From Malacoraja senta (taxonomy: Eukaryota): a stretch of 64,000 nucleotides of DNA. The stretch is from positions 19,718,001 to 19,782,000 of the forward strand of contig CM075988.1 in NCBI GenBank assembly GCA_038087875.1, in the 5' to 3' direction. A program made the position numbers and the translations under genes. Shown one piece after another: positions 1-12,585 of this stretch (within the stretch, counting starts at the first letter, position 1; every line of letters starts with the position of its first letter). The notes beneath the pieces are model-generated. The model worked only from the letters and a program-made list of their open reading frames with translations, made no database searches and was not told where the DNA came from.

Positions 1-9
1 ATCATGGAC

Positions 10-590
10 TCATACAGCTATACAGCACGGAAACAGGCCCATTGGTCCACCTTGTCCATGTGTCTAAATTGGCATTCTGGACTAGTCCCATTTGCTTGCA
101 TTTGTCCCATATCCCTCCAAACCGTTCCGATCCTTGTATGGTGCAATATTTATGAAAGTCCTAACTACATTCGCTTCAATAGCTTTCTCTGGCAGCTCAA
201 TGCAGATACAGACCATACTCAGAGTGAAAACGTTACCTCTGAGGTCCCTCTTAAATCTCTCTTGTCTCACTTTAAGTCTAGTTTTAGAATCCTCGACCCC
301 AGGGAAAGAGACTGTGAGCATTCATAGGGTCATACAGCTCAAAAGCAGGTCATCGGCCAAACTTGCCCATATCCACAATGACGTCCTATCTACACTAGTC
401 CCACCTGCCTGTGCTTGGCCCACATCCCTCTAACTGTTTCCTATCATTCATTTGATCAATACCCCCTCGTGATCTTGAGAACCTCAAAAGGGTCACCTCT
501 CAATCTCCTACACTGGAATAGAAAACATCCCACGTCTCCCTGTAACTCAATCCCACAAGCCCGGGTGACGTCTTGGTGAATTTTCTGCCA
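10..590 (-). mobile_element. Two stacked, decayed CR1/HER1-type LINE 3' fragments
   Basis: Matches the CR1 3' text repeated across the window (catacagcacggaaacaggcc..., cctcttaaatctctc, rc of RRLRGDPFEVLKI); related copies at 28020-28460 and 51970-52180. Confidence 0.75.
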
Positions 591-676
591 ATTAATGTTA
601 TTGGTTGGTAAATATTTAGCAAAGCACCTGTGATTATCTGATAAACCTACTCTTACTGGGAACCACAAAGAACGCA

Positions 677-825
677 GAAGATGGACACAAAATGATGGAG
701 TATCTCAGTGAGGCAGCAACTGAAGAAAAGGAATGAGTGATGTTTCTTCAGAAGAGTCAGAAGAGCTACTGCAGCAATTTTGTGTCCATCTTCAGTGTAA
801 ACCAGCATCAGCAGTTCCTTCCTAT
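677..825. mobile_element. Short inverted Penelope-derived terminal-repeat insertion
   Basis: gaagatggacacaaaa...ttttgtgtccatcttc inverted arms and aaaccagcatcagcagttccttcct end; flanked by cacaaagaacgca (664-676) and cacagagaatgca (826-838). Confidence 0.7.
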
Positions 826-1629
826 CACAGAGAATGCATCACTGGATAAACTAGGCTGAAACTACACTTAATGATCAGGAAAGGAACTCAAATTCACAAG
901 CCTGTTACTCAGATGAGAAACCACCACAGCATCGGGCCTGAAGTGGTGCGAGACAGCTCGAGCTTAAGTAAGCAGACTGATATGAATTCACTGCATGAAC
1001 AGAGGTCTGCCTTCCTGAGGCTCACATCACTAAGGTATTATCAGCAGTCAACTCTAGTTCTCAAAGCATTATGGCAAAACAATGGCATTTTTCTGAAAGC
1101 CAGTTCTAATTTAATTTTCAATTTACAAAATGTTCATCCCTAATCCCAAGACTCAATCTGCAGTCACAGTCACTCCAGCATTTCCCTTTAGAACCTCAAA
1201 GTGTGTGTGAGGATCTTTATTCTGCAACCTCCAGAGACATACATTTTCAGCGCACATCAAACATTTATTAACACGTATCAATGGTGCCGCAGTAACAATG
1301 CAGCCACCAGATAAGATGATGATTACAATGCCGATGGAGTACTTCAGCCATCCTGCCCCTGTTCTCCAACCCCCTGTGAATCCACTGCAGGAGGCATTAG
1401 CTAAAATATAAAAGGATTAATGAGTACAAGTCAGTTTTGACAAGACAGAAAGTACAATAACTTAATAAAGCTTTAATTCTTCCATGCTGCGTTAACCTTC
1501 AGTGAATTTTTAGTGCTTTGATAAAGTAGTTAATTTAAATCTTAAAGTTTAAAAAAATTAAGCACTTTAGATAGGATTAAGTGGAAACAAAATGGGATAG
1601 AAATTGGTGTACAGCGCACCTCGTTTTGG

Positions 1630-1840
1630 AAGCTTACATTTTTCTGCATCTTTTTCAGAATGTTCCAAGGCACTTTGCAGTTTAGGGAGTGCTGGCTGTT
1701 GTAGTAAATCCTACATCCGATCTGTGTACAAGTCCCTGCAAACGGTAACGTGATAGTGACCAGATTATCTGTTCCCGTCACGCTGAGCGTTGGGCACAAC
1801 ACCGGGGAGCATTCTTGTTCTTACTGAAAAGAGCACCAGA
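1630..1840 (-). mobile_element. DeuSINE-family (SacSINE1/AmnSINE1-like) relic, 3' half
   Basis: rc reads ctccccggtgttgtgcccaac...acagataatctggtcactatcacgttaccgtttgcagggacttg...aaagtgccttggaacattctg, resembling the Deu domain and tail. Confidence 0.6.
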
Positions 1841-2914
1841 GAAACACATTCAGAGAGAGGTCTTTCCAGAGAGATACAGCACCCTTTGGCCCAACTTATC
1901 CATGCCGACCAAGATGCCCCATCTAAGCTAGTCCCATTTGCCCCGTATCCCTCGAAGCTCAAGGGAGTGAAAGGCCCCTCACTGTGCTGTTACAACTCAA
2001 TTGTGACAATAACGTATTGAATTATGAATGGATAATTTTCACGTTGTGGCAATGCAGTAACCGTGACATAATCATCAATAAACCTTAATGAATGGCACTA
2101 TTGTCAGTGACAGCCGAGGCAAAAATATTTACTCTAAGAGCTCACTAATTCAACTTCCCACTCGAGAAAGTCTTACTTTGATTTATTCAGAGAAACTCTT
2201 CCAGGCATGAAGGCAAGAAATATCTTTAAACATCTTGTGGGTTGGCCTCTCTCAAACACCGAATCTTGGTAACATATGTGACTATAATAACCCTAAACCT
2301 ACATTCTCTGTCTTTATTTAATTGTATCGTCAGCAGTGCACCTTATTTTGTCTACAATACACAAGCACTGCTTCTTTCAGATGTTTCTTTTGAGAAATAA
2401 GCTCTGCCAAATTAAACGCATTTGAAGATATCATTTCTTGGCACCCAGCAGGCTTGTGCTGAGATGCTTGCACTGAATTGGCAGCAATAGAGATACAGTA
2501 GTCGCTGGCAGATGCACCGCTTGCAACATCTCAGCCTGGTCAGTTTTCCCCAGCAACTGAGTCAGAAACTGTAGCAGGATCACTTAAAAGAGATATCATT
2601 GCAGCTTCACACTGCAATGGCTCGAGTACAGCTTGTAAGGTGGCAGGTCCCAAACAGGTTGTTGACATCTACTGGTATCTTCTTCCTTTAATAAGGCTGC
2701 CTGGATGTAGCAGCTGCCTCATTATAACATTTTTGTACGACTCAGAGCTGGATTGCTTTAAACATGAAAGTTTTGTTGAAATGACATGGTGTATTCTGCG
2801 CCAGGCAGTGTTCGAGTGAACAGGCTTGTATACAATATGTCCCTCCGCCACGACATCTTGTGCTGTCATATCGATGCATGTTCCATTTGTGCTACTTCCA
2901 AACATTCTTGTACC

Positions 2915-2997
2915 AGGGGCGGCACAGTGGGTCAGCTGGTAGAGCCGCTGCCTCACAGAACCAGAGACCCGGGTTCGATCCTGACCTTGGGTGCATT
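2915..2997 (+). mobile_element. V-SINE (HE1-like) tRNA-derived head
   Basis: ggcacagtgggtcagctggtagagccgctgcctcacag...ccagagacccgggttcgatcc with pol III A/B-box-like motifs. Confidence 0.8.
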
Positions 2998-4114
2998 CAG
3001 GGTTGTAAATATCGGCCCTGTCCTTACATTCCTATGCTTTGACTTTGTCCCATCAACTGTTTTAATGATCTGTTCTGCTACCTTTAAGGAACAATGGAGC
3101 AGCTTTGCTGATGCCTCTGTCATCCCACAGCATACAATGTACTCCCATTTCCCCACCTATATCACCTCACATTTCTCCGGATTAAATTCAATATGCCATT
3201 TTTCTGGCCAGATCCAGCCCACCTACATCTTCCTATTGTCTATGACATCCCCCCTCACCATCAACCTGAGGGCCAGTTTTTTATCTCATCAAAGGTCGAC
3301 CCTGGAAATGTTAATACACCTTCCAATGGCTAACCTTAACCCTAATGTAATTGGCAGGAAAGGATGGCTAGGTCATTCCCCGTCTGAGAACGGATCAAGG
3401 CTTCAGGGACAGTGCTGGAAAGAACTTTGTAATTAAGAAAGTTGTCCGCCATTGAGAATGGAGGTTTGACAGAACATTCCCGAGGAAGTAGCTGAGATAA
3501 ATCAGCTCACTATTCCGTACGCCTTGAACAATAGCAGAACCCACACATGCGATTAATTTATAATTAGCATTCCAATAAACATCCTCTCTATAATGTGACC
3601 TCTATTATCCAAATATGCAGTAACGGCATATATGCTAGTTCCATTGCTGGAAATGTATGCCTTTGCTGCAAGTTTGTAAGGAGTTCTGGTTAAGATCCTA
3701 GTCCCACATTCCCAATCCGCTCCTGAAAATATAGCCACAGGAAGAGAGAAGCCCAAGAAATTATCTGGCTCATGTTACTGAAGCTCGCCATCCTCCATCT
3801 GCAACTCAACCACTTGACCGCTTGCAGGGAGCCTGGTACAGTTTCCTGCTAATGCATTGCCTGCTGGGGATAGATTTTAATTCCATTGTGTTATTGGACC
3901 GTTTATTAGATTGGACTTTCTCTGCAGCTCTATTGCTCCAGATTTTAACCACTCCATTATTGAGGGCCATACTCTGAGTTCCCCTGTTTCAGTTGCTCTG
4001 AAACTCCCTCCCTAGACAAATCCATACAATAGATACAATCACAGGAATATCTAACAAAGGAAGGTCATCAAAAGGATACTTCTGAGAATCTCTTCGCAAA
4101 TAATAAGCATTAGA

Positions 4115-4416
4115 GTTGTGCAGTGGTAGAGTTGCTACCTTACAGCGCCAGGGACCCTGGTTCAATCCTTACTGATTGAACCAGTCTGATTGAACCTGGT
4201 GCTGTCTGTATGGATTTGACATTCTCTCTGTGGCCATATGGGTTTTCTCAGGGTGCTCCCAAATCCCAAAGATGTGCAGGTTTGTCGGTTAATTGTCTTC
4301 GGCAAATTGTCCCTAGTGTACAGGACAGAACTAGTGTACGGGTGGTCGCTAGTCAGCACAGACTCAGTGAGCCAAAGAGCCTGTTTCCACGCTGTATATC
4401 TAAACCAAACTAAACT
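4115..4416 (+). mobile_element. V-SINE (HE1-like)
   Basis: tRNA-like head, V-domain-like core (ggtgctgtctgtatggatttgacattctc...cccaaagatgtgcaggtttg), CR1-derived 3' end and (aaact)n tail. Confidence 0.8.
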
Positions 4417-4510
4417 CAGAGCTAAAACTCTATTAGAAAATATGTTGGAGAGAAAATGAGTTTAATAGAGTGGCAATGATTGTAAAAAGTGGTTCTGTGT
4501 TCTTTCTTTG

Positions 4511-4882
4511 ACAATAGACAATAGACAATAGGTGCAGGAGTAGGCCATTTGGCCCTTCGAGCCAGCACCGCCATTCAATGTGATCATGGCTGATCATCCC
4601 CAATCAGTACCCCGTTCCTGCCTTCTTCCCATATCCCTTGACTCCGCTTTTATTAAGAGCCCTATCTAGCTCTCTCTTGAAAGCATCCAGAGAACCTGCC
4701 TCCACCGCCCTCTGAGGCAGAGAATTCCACAGACTCACCACTCTCTGTGAGAAAAAGTGTTTCCTCGTCTCCGTTCTAAATGGCTTACTCCTTATTCTTA
4801 AACTGTGGCCCCTGATTCTGGTCTCCCCCAACATCGGGAACATGTTTCCTGCCTCTAGTGTGTCCAAGCCCTTAACAATCTT
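4511..4882 (-). mobile_element. CR1/HER1-type LINE 3' end, well preserved
   Basis: ORF 4604..4867 GHSLRIRSKPFRTETRKHFFSQRVVSLWNSLP is the CR1 ORF2 C-terminus; (ctattgt)n tail seen as acaatagacaatagacaatag. Confidence 0.9.
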
Positions 4883-5704
4883 GCGTGTTCAGAATTGAGT
4901 TACTTAGGCAAATGCTAAGCAAACACTTTCTGAAGCTATTACAGTCAATAACAAGTTACAGAACCTTGACTGCAACTGGAACGCCACTCATTAAAGCAAT
5001 TGTCTGTCTTCAGACATTGATTACAAGATGTCACTTTCCACATTAACATTAACTAAAACAAATGAAATCAGATCTTGAAACTCAATTGATGCTGGTCTCC
5101 TGGAACTTCAGGACACTCTGCTGCAGTTATGGTGAATGGTGACACTTGGTACAGCTACTCATTTCACACAACATCCCTATCACACACTTAGAGAACCAAC
5201 ACGTACAAGAGTCAAAAAAAAAGATTAGGACAAGTGGTGAACCAGCTGATACAAAGGGAAAAAAAATGACAAGATGGTTTGGGCATGCAGCCCTTAAAAG
5301 CTGAGAAAGAAAGAACAGAGTAATACTTCAAGAACATTGGTATTAGAAATGGTTTTTTTTCAATGGTACGTTATTGTCATCCTTTTTTCTATACAGTTCA
5401 GTGACAATCCTACTATACTTGTTGTGCTGTCCATTGTCGTGTCGTGCTGCTCCATTGTTCCTAAAGGCAGCAGAACAGATCGTTGAAACAGTTGAAGGAA
5501 CATACAGGATCCTCTCCTCTTTAACTGACTCTTTAAGCAACGAATATAAGATCAGGGGTGTTATTTACCAGCACTGAATACAACCCTTGCATGGTCAAAC
5601 ACTAAGCCTCCATCATTAAAAGTATTCAAGATGTCCTCTTCAGTAGGTGGTAGGCATCTGTGGTTAGAAATACTCGCTGAGTTTACCAGAGTACCCGAGT
5701 GTGG

Positions 5705-6201
5705 CCTGGATGCTGACCGGTTGCATCGTGGCTTGGTTCGGCAACTTGAGTGCCCTGGAGAGGAAAAGACTACAAAAAGTAGTAAACACTGCCCAATCCA
5801 TCATCGGCTCTGACCTCCCTTCCATCGAGGGGATCTACCACAGTCGCTGCCTCAAAAAGGCTGGCAGCATCATCAAGGACCCACACCATCCTGGCCACAC
5901 ACTCATCTCCCTACTACCTTCAGGTAGAAGGTACAGGAGCCTGAAGACTGCAACGACCAGGTTCAGGAACAGCTACTTCCCCACAGCCATCAGGCTATTA
6001 AACCTGGCTCGGACATAACACTGAACTTTACTAGCCAATACTGTTATTTGCACTTTATCAGTATATTGACCATTGTGTATATATTTATAGAATGCCTTGT
6101 AGTAAATGCCTACTATGTTCTGTTGTGCTCAAGCAAAGCAAGAATTTCATTGTCGTACCAGGGACACATGACAATAAACTCACTTGACTTGACTTGACTT
6201 G
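5705..6201 (+). mobile_element. Rex1/Babar-type LINE 3' fragment
   Basis: ORF 5701..6018 LTGCIVAWFGN...RLQKVVNTAQSIIG...IIKDPHHPGHTLISLLPSGRRYRS...RFRNSYFPTAIRLLN; 3' tail tgacaataaac plus (cttga)n. Confidence 0.85.
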
Positions 6202-6204
6202 ATC

Positions 6205-6590
6205 AGAGTATTAGTCACAAGGTAAGGCTGGACAGGCTGTGATTGTTTTGTCTGGAACATCAGAGAATGAGTGAAGACCTGATAGAGGTTTACAAAATTT
6301 TGAGGCATAGATAGGGTAGACAGTCAAAATCTTTTTTCCTGAGATGGAAATGTTGAAGATTAGTAGGCATAGCTTTCAGATGAGAGGGGCAAAGTTGAAA
6401 GGAGATGAGCGGAGCAAGTGTTTTTATACAGAGGATGGTGGGTGCCTGGAACATGCTGCCAGGGGTGGTGATTGAGGCAACAGTGGCATTATTGATGCTT
6501 TTAGATAGGCACATGGATATGCATGGAATGGAGGGATATAGATTGCGTGCAGGCAGAGGAGATTAGTTTAACTTGGCATTATGTTCAACG
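6205..6590 (+). mobile_element. Decayed CR1-type LINE 3' fragment, interrupted, resuming near 7000
   Basis: gacctgatagaggtttacaaaattttgaggcatagatagggtagacagtc...ggtgcctggaacatgctgccaggggtggtg. Confidence 0.75.
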
Positions 6591-6611
6591 GCCCAACCCA
6601 GGCGAATGTGT

Positions 6612-6742
6612 TTAAGAAGGAACTGCAGATGCTGGAAAATCGAAGGTGGACAAAAATGCTGGAGAAATTCAGCGGGTGAGGCAGCATCTATGGAGCGAAG
6701 GAAATAGGCAACGTTTCGGGTCGAAACCCTACTTCAGACTGA
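6612..6742 (-). mobile_element. Penelope-derived terminal repeat with decayed hammerhead core
   Basis: Perfect 13-bp direct repeats caggcgaatgtgt (6599-6611, 6753-6765); rc contains ctgaagtagggtttcgacccgaaacgtt. Confidence 0.8.
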
Positions 6743-6869
6743 TCCACACATTCAGGCGAATGTGTGCCAGTCACAGAAGTGGAACTGCAATCACGCATTA
6801 TAATTGCTCCACTCTTTTAACTCTCTACTCCTACAGCAACATTTCACATTATTCTCTTTATCATGTATC

Positions 6870-6998
6870 TCTACACTGCGAATGGCTCGATTGTAATCAT
6901 GTATTGTCTTTCCTCTGACTGGTTAGCATTCAACAAAGGCTTATCACTGTACCTCGGTACACGTGACAATAAAACTACAAAAAACTAAATTAAACTGA
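6870..6998 (+). mobile_element. Rex1/Babar-type 3' tail (shared by copies near 39405-39620, 49190-49407 and 63350-63458)
   Basis: gattgtaatcatgtattgtctttcc...tcactgtacctcggtacacgtgacaataaa(act)n. Confidence 0.7.
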
Positions 6999-7798
6999 AC
7001 GTTGTGGGCCGAAGAGCCTATTCCTGTGCTGTACGCCCTGCTATAAAGGCACCTTTCTGAGCAGCTACTTGTTTCTGAAATTGAGTTCCATTGACTTCAA
7101 ACTTAGGAATCCATCAGCAGAACTCCAGATATCCCTCCCTGTGAGCTTTGTGGACTTCCCCCAGAGCTCAGAGGTATGCTGCACATAATTGGGTTGTCAC
7201 GAAGGATAAAAGCTATATGCCACTCCAATATAAAATACACATTGGTGGAAAGATGACAGCAAAATGTTATTCTGATAGACGTGCGGAAAGGTGGCTAACG
7301 GAACAAGTGGCTGGCTCCACTGTTCATGACAGCTTAGCTATAATAACTACTCCTTGACAAAGTAAAAGCTCCACATTGTGGTCACCTCATAGATTGACCC
7401 TAACTGCCTCTGTTAGCTGAGACAAAAAAAAAATTCTCTCTGATTTTGAGAACAAAATCACTTTTGTTCAAAGCGGGCAGCCTTTTAAACTGACAGTCAT
7501 TCCCAAATGCTTCTGGCAGGTAAACACCATTTGACTTAATTGAGACTGTCATGGACACGTTTGCTGATCTTTAGCTGGAGACTCAGCTTGGCAATAATTT
7601 TGGCCGGCTTGAAATGACCTTCATTCCTCAGCCGTTATCAATAGGTCCTCAAAGAATAAAAGGACCAAACTCAATCACCCGCTTTAAATTGAATCTGATT
7701 AACTTCAACATGAAATTTCCACCAGAGCTTCCTTCATGTTGGACATTTTTTCCCTGTTTACATTCAGGATAATGTTAGTGGAACATTACATGTGAGAG

Positions 7799-8462
7799 CT
7801 AGACACAAACTGCTGGAGTAACTCAGCGGGACAGGCAGCATCTCCGGAGAGAAGGAGTGGGTGACGTTTCTCGGGTCGAGACCCTTCTTCAGACTGGTTA
7901 GGGATAAGGGAAACGAGAGATATAGACGATGAGATTACTTGACGCGGAGAGATAAAGAACAATGAATGAAAGATATGCAAAAAGTAACGATGATAAAGGA
8001 AACAGGCCATTGTAAGCTGCTTGTAGGATGAAAATGAGAAGCTAGTGCAACTTGGGTGGGGGAGGGGTAGAGAGAGAGGGAATGCTGGGGCTACCTGAAG
8101 TGGGAGAAATCAATTTTCATACCACTGGGCTGTAAGCTGCCCAAGTGAAATATGAGATGCTGTTCCTCCAATTTGCGTTTAGCCTCACTCTGACAATGGA
8201 GGAGTCCGAGGACAGAAAGGTCTGTGTAGGAATGGAAAGGCAAGTGGAGAATTATTGGAAGAACAGCATCTCATATTTCGCTTGGACAGCTTAGAGCCCA
8301 GTGGTATGAATATTGATTTTCTCACTTCAGGTAGCCCCGGCATTGCCTCCCTCTCTATCCCTCCCCCATCCAAGTCGCGCTAGCTTCTCATTTTCCCGCT
8401 GAGTTACTCCAGCTTTTTGTGTCTATCTTCGGTTTGAACCAGCATCTGCAATTCCTTCTTAC
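7799..8462 (-). mobile_element. 5'-truncated Penelope-like element (Neptune-type) with inverted terminal repeat
   Basis: rc of 8090-8205 encodes LLHCQSEAKRKLEEQHLIFHLGSLQPSGMKIDFSHFR (GIY-YIG C-terminus); inverted copy 8255-8462; perfect 16-bp TSD acattacatgtgagag (7783-7798, 8463-8478). Confidence 0.88.
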
Positions 8463-8664
8463 ACATTACATGTGAGAGGTTTAAAAGGGACCTCAGAGGC
8501 AACTTTTTCACTCAGAGGGTAGTCTGTATCTGGAATAAGCTGCCAGAGGAAGCTATAAAAATGGGTACAATTATGATGTTTAAAAGGTGTTGGACCGATA
8601 TATGATTGGGAAAAGTATGGAGGGATAAGGGCCAAATGCAGGCAAATGGACTATCCCAGAATGC

Positions 8665-9720
8665 CAACTCTTTAAATCCAGGCAGCATTCTGGTAAACCT
8701 CCTCTGCACACTCTCGAAAGCCACCACAACTCTCCTGTAATGGGGTGACCAGAACTGCACGCAACACTCCAAATATGACCTAACCAAAGTTCTTTAGAGT
8801 TGTATCATGACTTCTTGACTTTTATACACTGCCCCTAGCAATGAAGGCAAGCATACCACATGCCTTCTTTACTACCCTATCTAATTGTGCTGCCACCTTC
8901 AGTGAGCTATGAATTTGTACTCCAAGACCCCTCTGCACATCAATGCTGTTAAGGGTCTTGCCATCAACTCTTCCCTTACATTCAACCTCCCAAAGTACAA
9001 CACCTCATACTTGATTGGGTTTAACTCCATCTGCCATTTTTCTGCCCGTTTCTGCAGCTGATGAACATCCCACTGAATCTTCTGACAGCCTTCTTCACAG
9101 TCTGCAACTCCTTCAACTATGGTGTCGTCAGCAAATTTACTTACCAACCCATCTGTCATTTGTCGGCACTGGGCTTGTACTCGCTGGAGTTTAGAAGAAT
9201 GAGGGGGGACCCCATTGAAGCATACAGAATAGTGAAAGGCTTGGATAGAATGGATGTGGAGAGGATGTTTTCACTAGTGGGAGAGTCTAGGACTAGCGGT
9301 CACAGCCTCAGAATTAAAGGATGTTCTTTTAGGAAGGAGATGAGGACAATTGTATTTAGTCAGAGGGTGGTGAATCTGCGGAATTCTTTGCCACAGAAGG
9401 CTGTGGAGGCCATCAGTGGATATTTTAAAGGCAGAGATAGATATATTCTTGATTAGTACAGGTGTCAGAGGTTATGGGGAGAAAGCAAGAGAATGGAGTT
9501 AGGAGAGATAGATAGATCAGCCATGAAGGGTGGAATAGACTTGATGGGCCGAATGGCCTAATTCTATCCTATCATGTAACCTTATGATCTACATTTATGT
9601 CTAGGTCATTGATATATATATATATATATATATATATCACAAACGGTAGAGGTCCCAGCACAGATCCCTGCAGAACTCCACTGGTCACAGACATCCAGCC
9701 AGGCTATTATCCTTCCACCA
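8665..9720 (-). mobile_element. Decayed CR1 RT fragment with a nested plus-strand CR1 3' fragment (~9160-9590) and an expanded (AT)n at 9612-9637
   Basis: ORFs 8899..9159 (SKFADDT...WQMELNP) and 8512..8787 (LECCVQFWSPHY); nested ORF 9061..9456 LYSLEFRRMRGD. Confidence 0.85.
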
Positions 9721-11739
9721 CAAAAACCTTCCACCTTCCTATTATATTATTAATGTGTTATTGGCCCCCAAAACTGCAGAAGTAACAATTTGCGTTGCCA
9801 GTACATATGACAATTAAACACCCTTGACTCTTGCACGGTAACCTCAGTTTAAAGTGTGGTCAGCAAGTTGCACTTAGTGCCTCGGATAAACCCACTTGGC
9901 AGGGACACCGTTCCTTTTTATTTTCAAATGTTGAGCAAATAACAAGATGTAAGTGCCTTTGACACTGCAAACGGACAGCTTGACTGATTTGGGGAGAGAT
10001 TCATCTGAGTAAGTTGTCTACCCTGAATTAAAACCACCCCGCTATGCTACTCTTTACTTCTTAATGGCTTCCTTTATCTGAGCAGTTGACGGGAAAGGTG
10101 AAAGAATAATTCTTTACTGCCTTGGAAACTGGCTCCAGTCACTTGGGATAAGTGGAGCCTTTGATTTATCAAATTCATCCACAGAGGACTATAATGGAAT
10201 GGATGATAAAACTTACTAAACACAGTTAAAAGGCAACACATCAGAATTTTCAACAAGCAAACTTTAGTGATGTACACTCATTCTTGCCTGGGAAGTGGAA
10301 TGCTGTGCATTCCTAATTGCAGCAACACACATGGCATCATTGGAAAAATTGCAGGGAATGTTCTATACTCCTCCGTCAAATTCCAGCATGAAATTCCTTG
10401 GTTTCCTGACTTTGAATCTCGTTCTGTGCAGACTGAGATACCTTTGACCAGCATGATATGGAATGCATTGTGATATTGTGAAAAGCTCTGATTGATGTAG
10501 GAGCTATGTTGGCCTGCTAATGTGGGACTATTGCCAGGACTTGATCAGTTTCCACACAGTCATGGAATAATTTGTTTAAGATAACATTGCAACCTTAATT
10601 TTCCATGCCACGATATTGACTGAGAACATTTTTTTCTAATTTCAACGAGCATTGGAAACCTGTTTAAACACAGGAAATGATGGAAAGCAGCTCCGGAGAG
10701 AGCGATGGAATTAATGTCAGCAGATCAGGTTAACAATTCCGTTCCAGCAGCCCACGCAGGGGGCTCAAAAGGCAGAGCAGTCATTAGCATCTCGCCAAGG
10801 CCCTGAGACCACAGAGGCAACATTGGAACAGACCGAATGACTGCAACATCAGAAATTATTTCATGGGAACAAGAGTCCAAGCTGGGGATCAGAACTGTTT
10901 ACTTTTTCCTTCACAGGCTTGCCGTTGCACTGACAAAACCAGCATTGACTGCCCGTTGCCCAGTGCCCCATCACTGGGTGACCTTCTGAGCCATTTCCAA
11001 CTGCAGACTAGAGGCAGCCTCAGTACTATGGACCCAACACCACGCATGAACCAAACTGGATATTACCCCGAAAGGACACTTATGATGGGTTTTTGCAACA
11101 ACTCTCCAGCTTTACATTCTCTTCTCCTCTTCTCTCCTTATCTGACACCCTTTGTCCCTTACTCCACCCATCTGCCAATCGAACCCCCCCCCCCCCCTCC
11201 CCTGTAACCGCCTATCACTCGTCAAGCCTTGTCCTGGCCCCACCTCTCTTTTCCACCTTTCTGCCCCCTACGCCAATCAGTCTGACAAAGGGAAGATAGA
11301 CACAAAAAGCTGGAGTAACTCAATGGGACAGGCGGTATCTCTGGAGAGAGGGAAAGAAGGAATGGGTGACAACTACATCTTTGGAGAGAAGGAATGGGTT
11401 GACAGGTAGCATCTCTGGAGAGAAGGTCCAGACCCGTAACGTCATCTGTCCATTCCCTCCACAGATGTTGCCTAACTCACTGTTCCTTCAACACTTTGTG
11501 CTTTAATCAGCTAGGTACTTGGACAATGGCACTGGGTTTTAAAGGAGTTTATTTAACAAGTGGACATGTTATGATCAGGTTTGTTCTCTAATCATTAGTC
11601 CAATCTCTGGATTACTGGTTGTCTAGTCTGCATTGAGGAGAGCCAAGTCATTGTGATATTTAAATCAGGCATTTCTGAGCAATCTTTGTCTTTTGACTGA
11701 AGCGGTTTTCATATAAAATAAAATATAAAAATATATAAA

Positions 11740-12410
11740 ATCATGAGAGCCATATATAGGGTAGGCAGTCAGAACATTTTTCCCTTGGTGGAAATGTTAA
11801 AGACTAGAGGGCATAACTTGAGGGGCAATCTTCAAAAGAGATGTGCAGGGCAGTTTTTTTTAACACAGAAGCATGGCGTTTGCTTGGAACGTGCTGCCAA
11901 GAGTGGTGGTAGAGGCATATATGATAGTGGCATTGGAGGCTTTTAGATAGGCATATAGATATGGAGGAATGGATCACATATGCAGGCAGAAATTAGATTA
12001 TCTTGGCATCTTTTCTTGGAAAAATGCTCCTGACTTTGGGGGAGTCCAGAAACAGTGGTCACAGTTTAAGAATAAGGGGTAGGCCATTTAGGACTGAGAT
12101 GAAAAACTTCTTAACCCAGTGAGTTGTGAATCTGTGGAATTTTCTGCCACAGAAGGCAGCGGAGGCCAATTCACTGGATGTTTTCAAGAGAGATAGATTT
12201 AGCTCTTAGGGCTAAAGGAATCAAGGAATATGGGGAAAAAGCAGGAACTTGGCACTGATTTTTGATGATCAGCCATGATCATATTGAAGGGCCGAATGCT
12301 CGAAGGGCCAAATGGCCTACTCATGCATCTATTTTTCTATGTTTCTATCATGTTCAGCATGGACGTTGTGGACTGAAAGGCCTGTTCCTGTGTTGTATAG
12401 TTCTATGATC
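11740..12410 (+). mobile_element. Decayed CR1 3' fragment with a younger CR1 3' end nested at ~12025-12348
   Basis: gactagagggcataac...; inner ggtcacagtttaagaataaggggtaggccatttaggactgagatg ending in ttctatgtttctat. Confidence 0.8.
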
Positions 12411-12585
12411 TAAGAATGGAACAAGCCAAGGAGACTCCGCACTTGCTGGCCTTCCCATGGTTTAAAGTAGCCATGTACTATCGGTGCATGTACAGAGGGT
12501 CTAAGCCTAGACAAGCATGAGAACCCTTTTACCTCACTCCTGTTCCCAGGAATTAGGCAAAACCAACAAATAATAGAATGAGGAA

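Noticed and set aside
2915..2990. Possible tRNA gene
   Set aside because: tRNA-like A/B boxes belong to a SINE head repeated about ten times in the window; no complete cloverleaf
2786..3436. 216-aa ORF
   Set aside because: Crosses a V-SINE head and antisense CR1 relic; no recognisable domain
3040..5505. ~60-bp inverted repeat (3044-3103 vs 5446-5500) suggesting TIRs of a 2.4-kb element
   Set aside because: Both arms translate to the CR1 ORF2 segment (SLKVAxQxxxxVxxxYxILS...EYK), so they are two opposite-strand fragments of a diverged CR1 subfamily; no TSD seen
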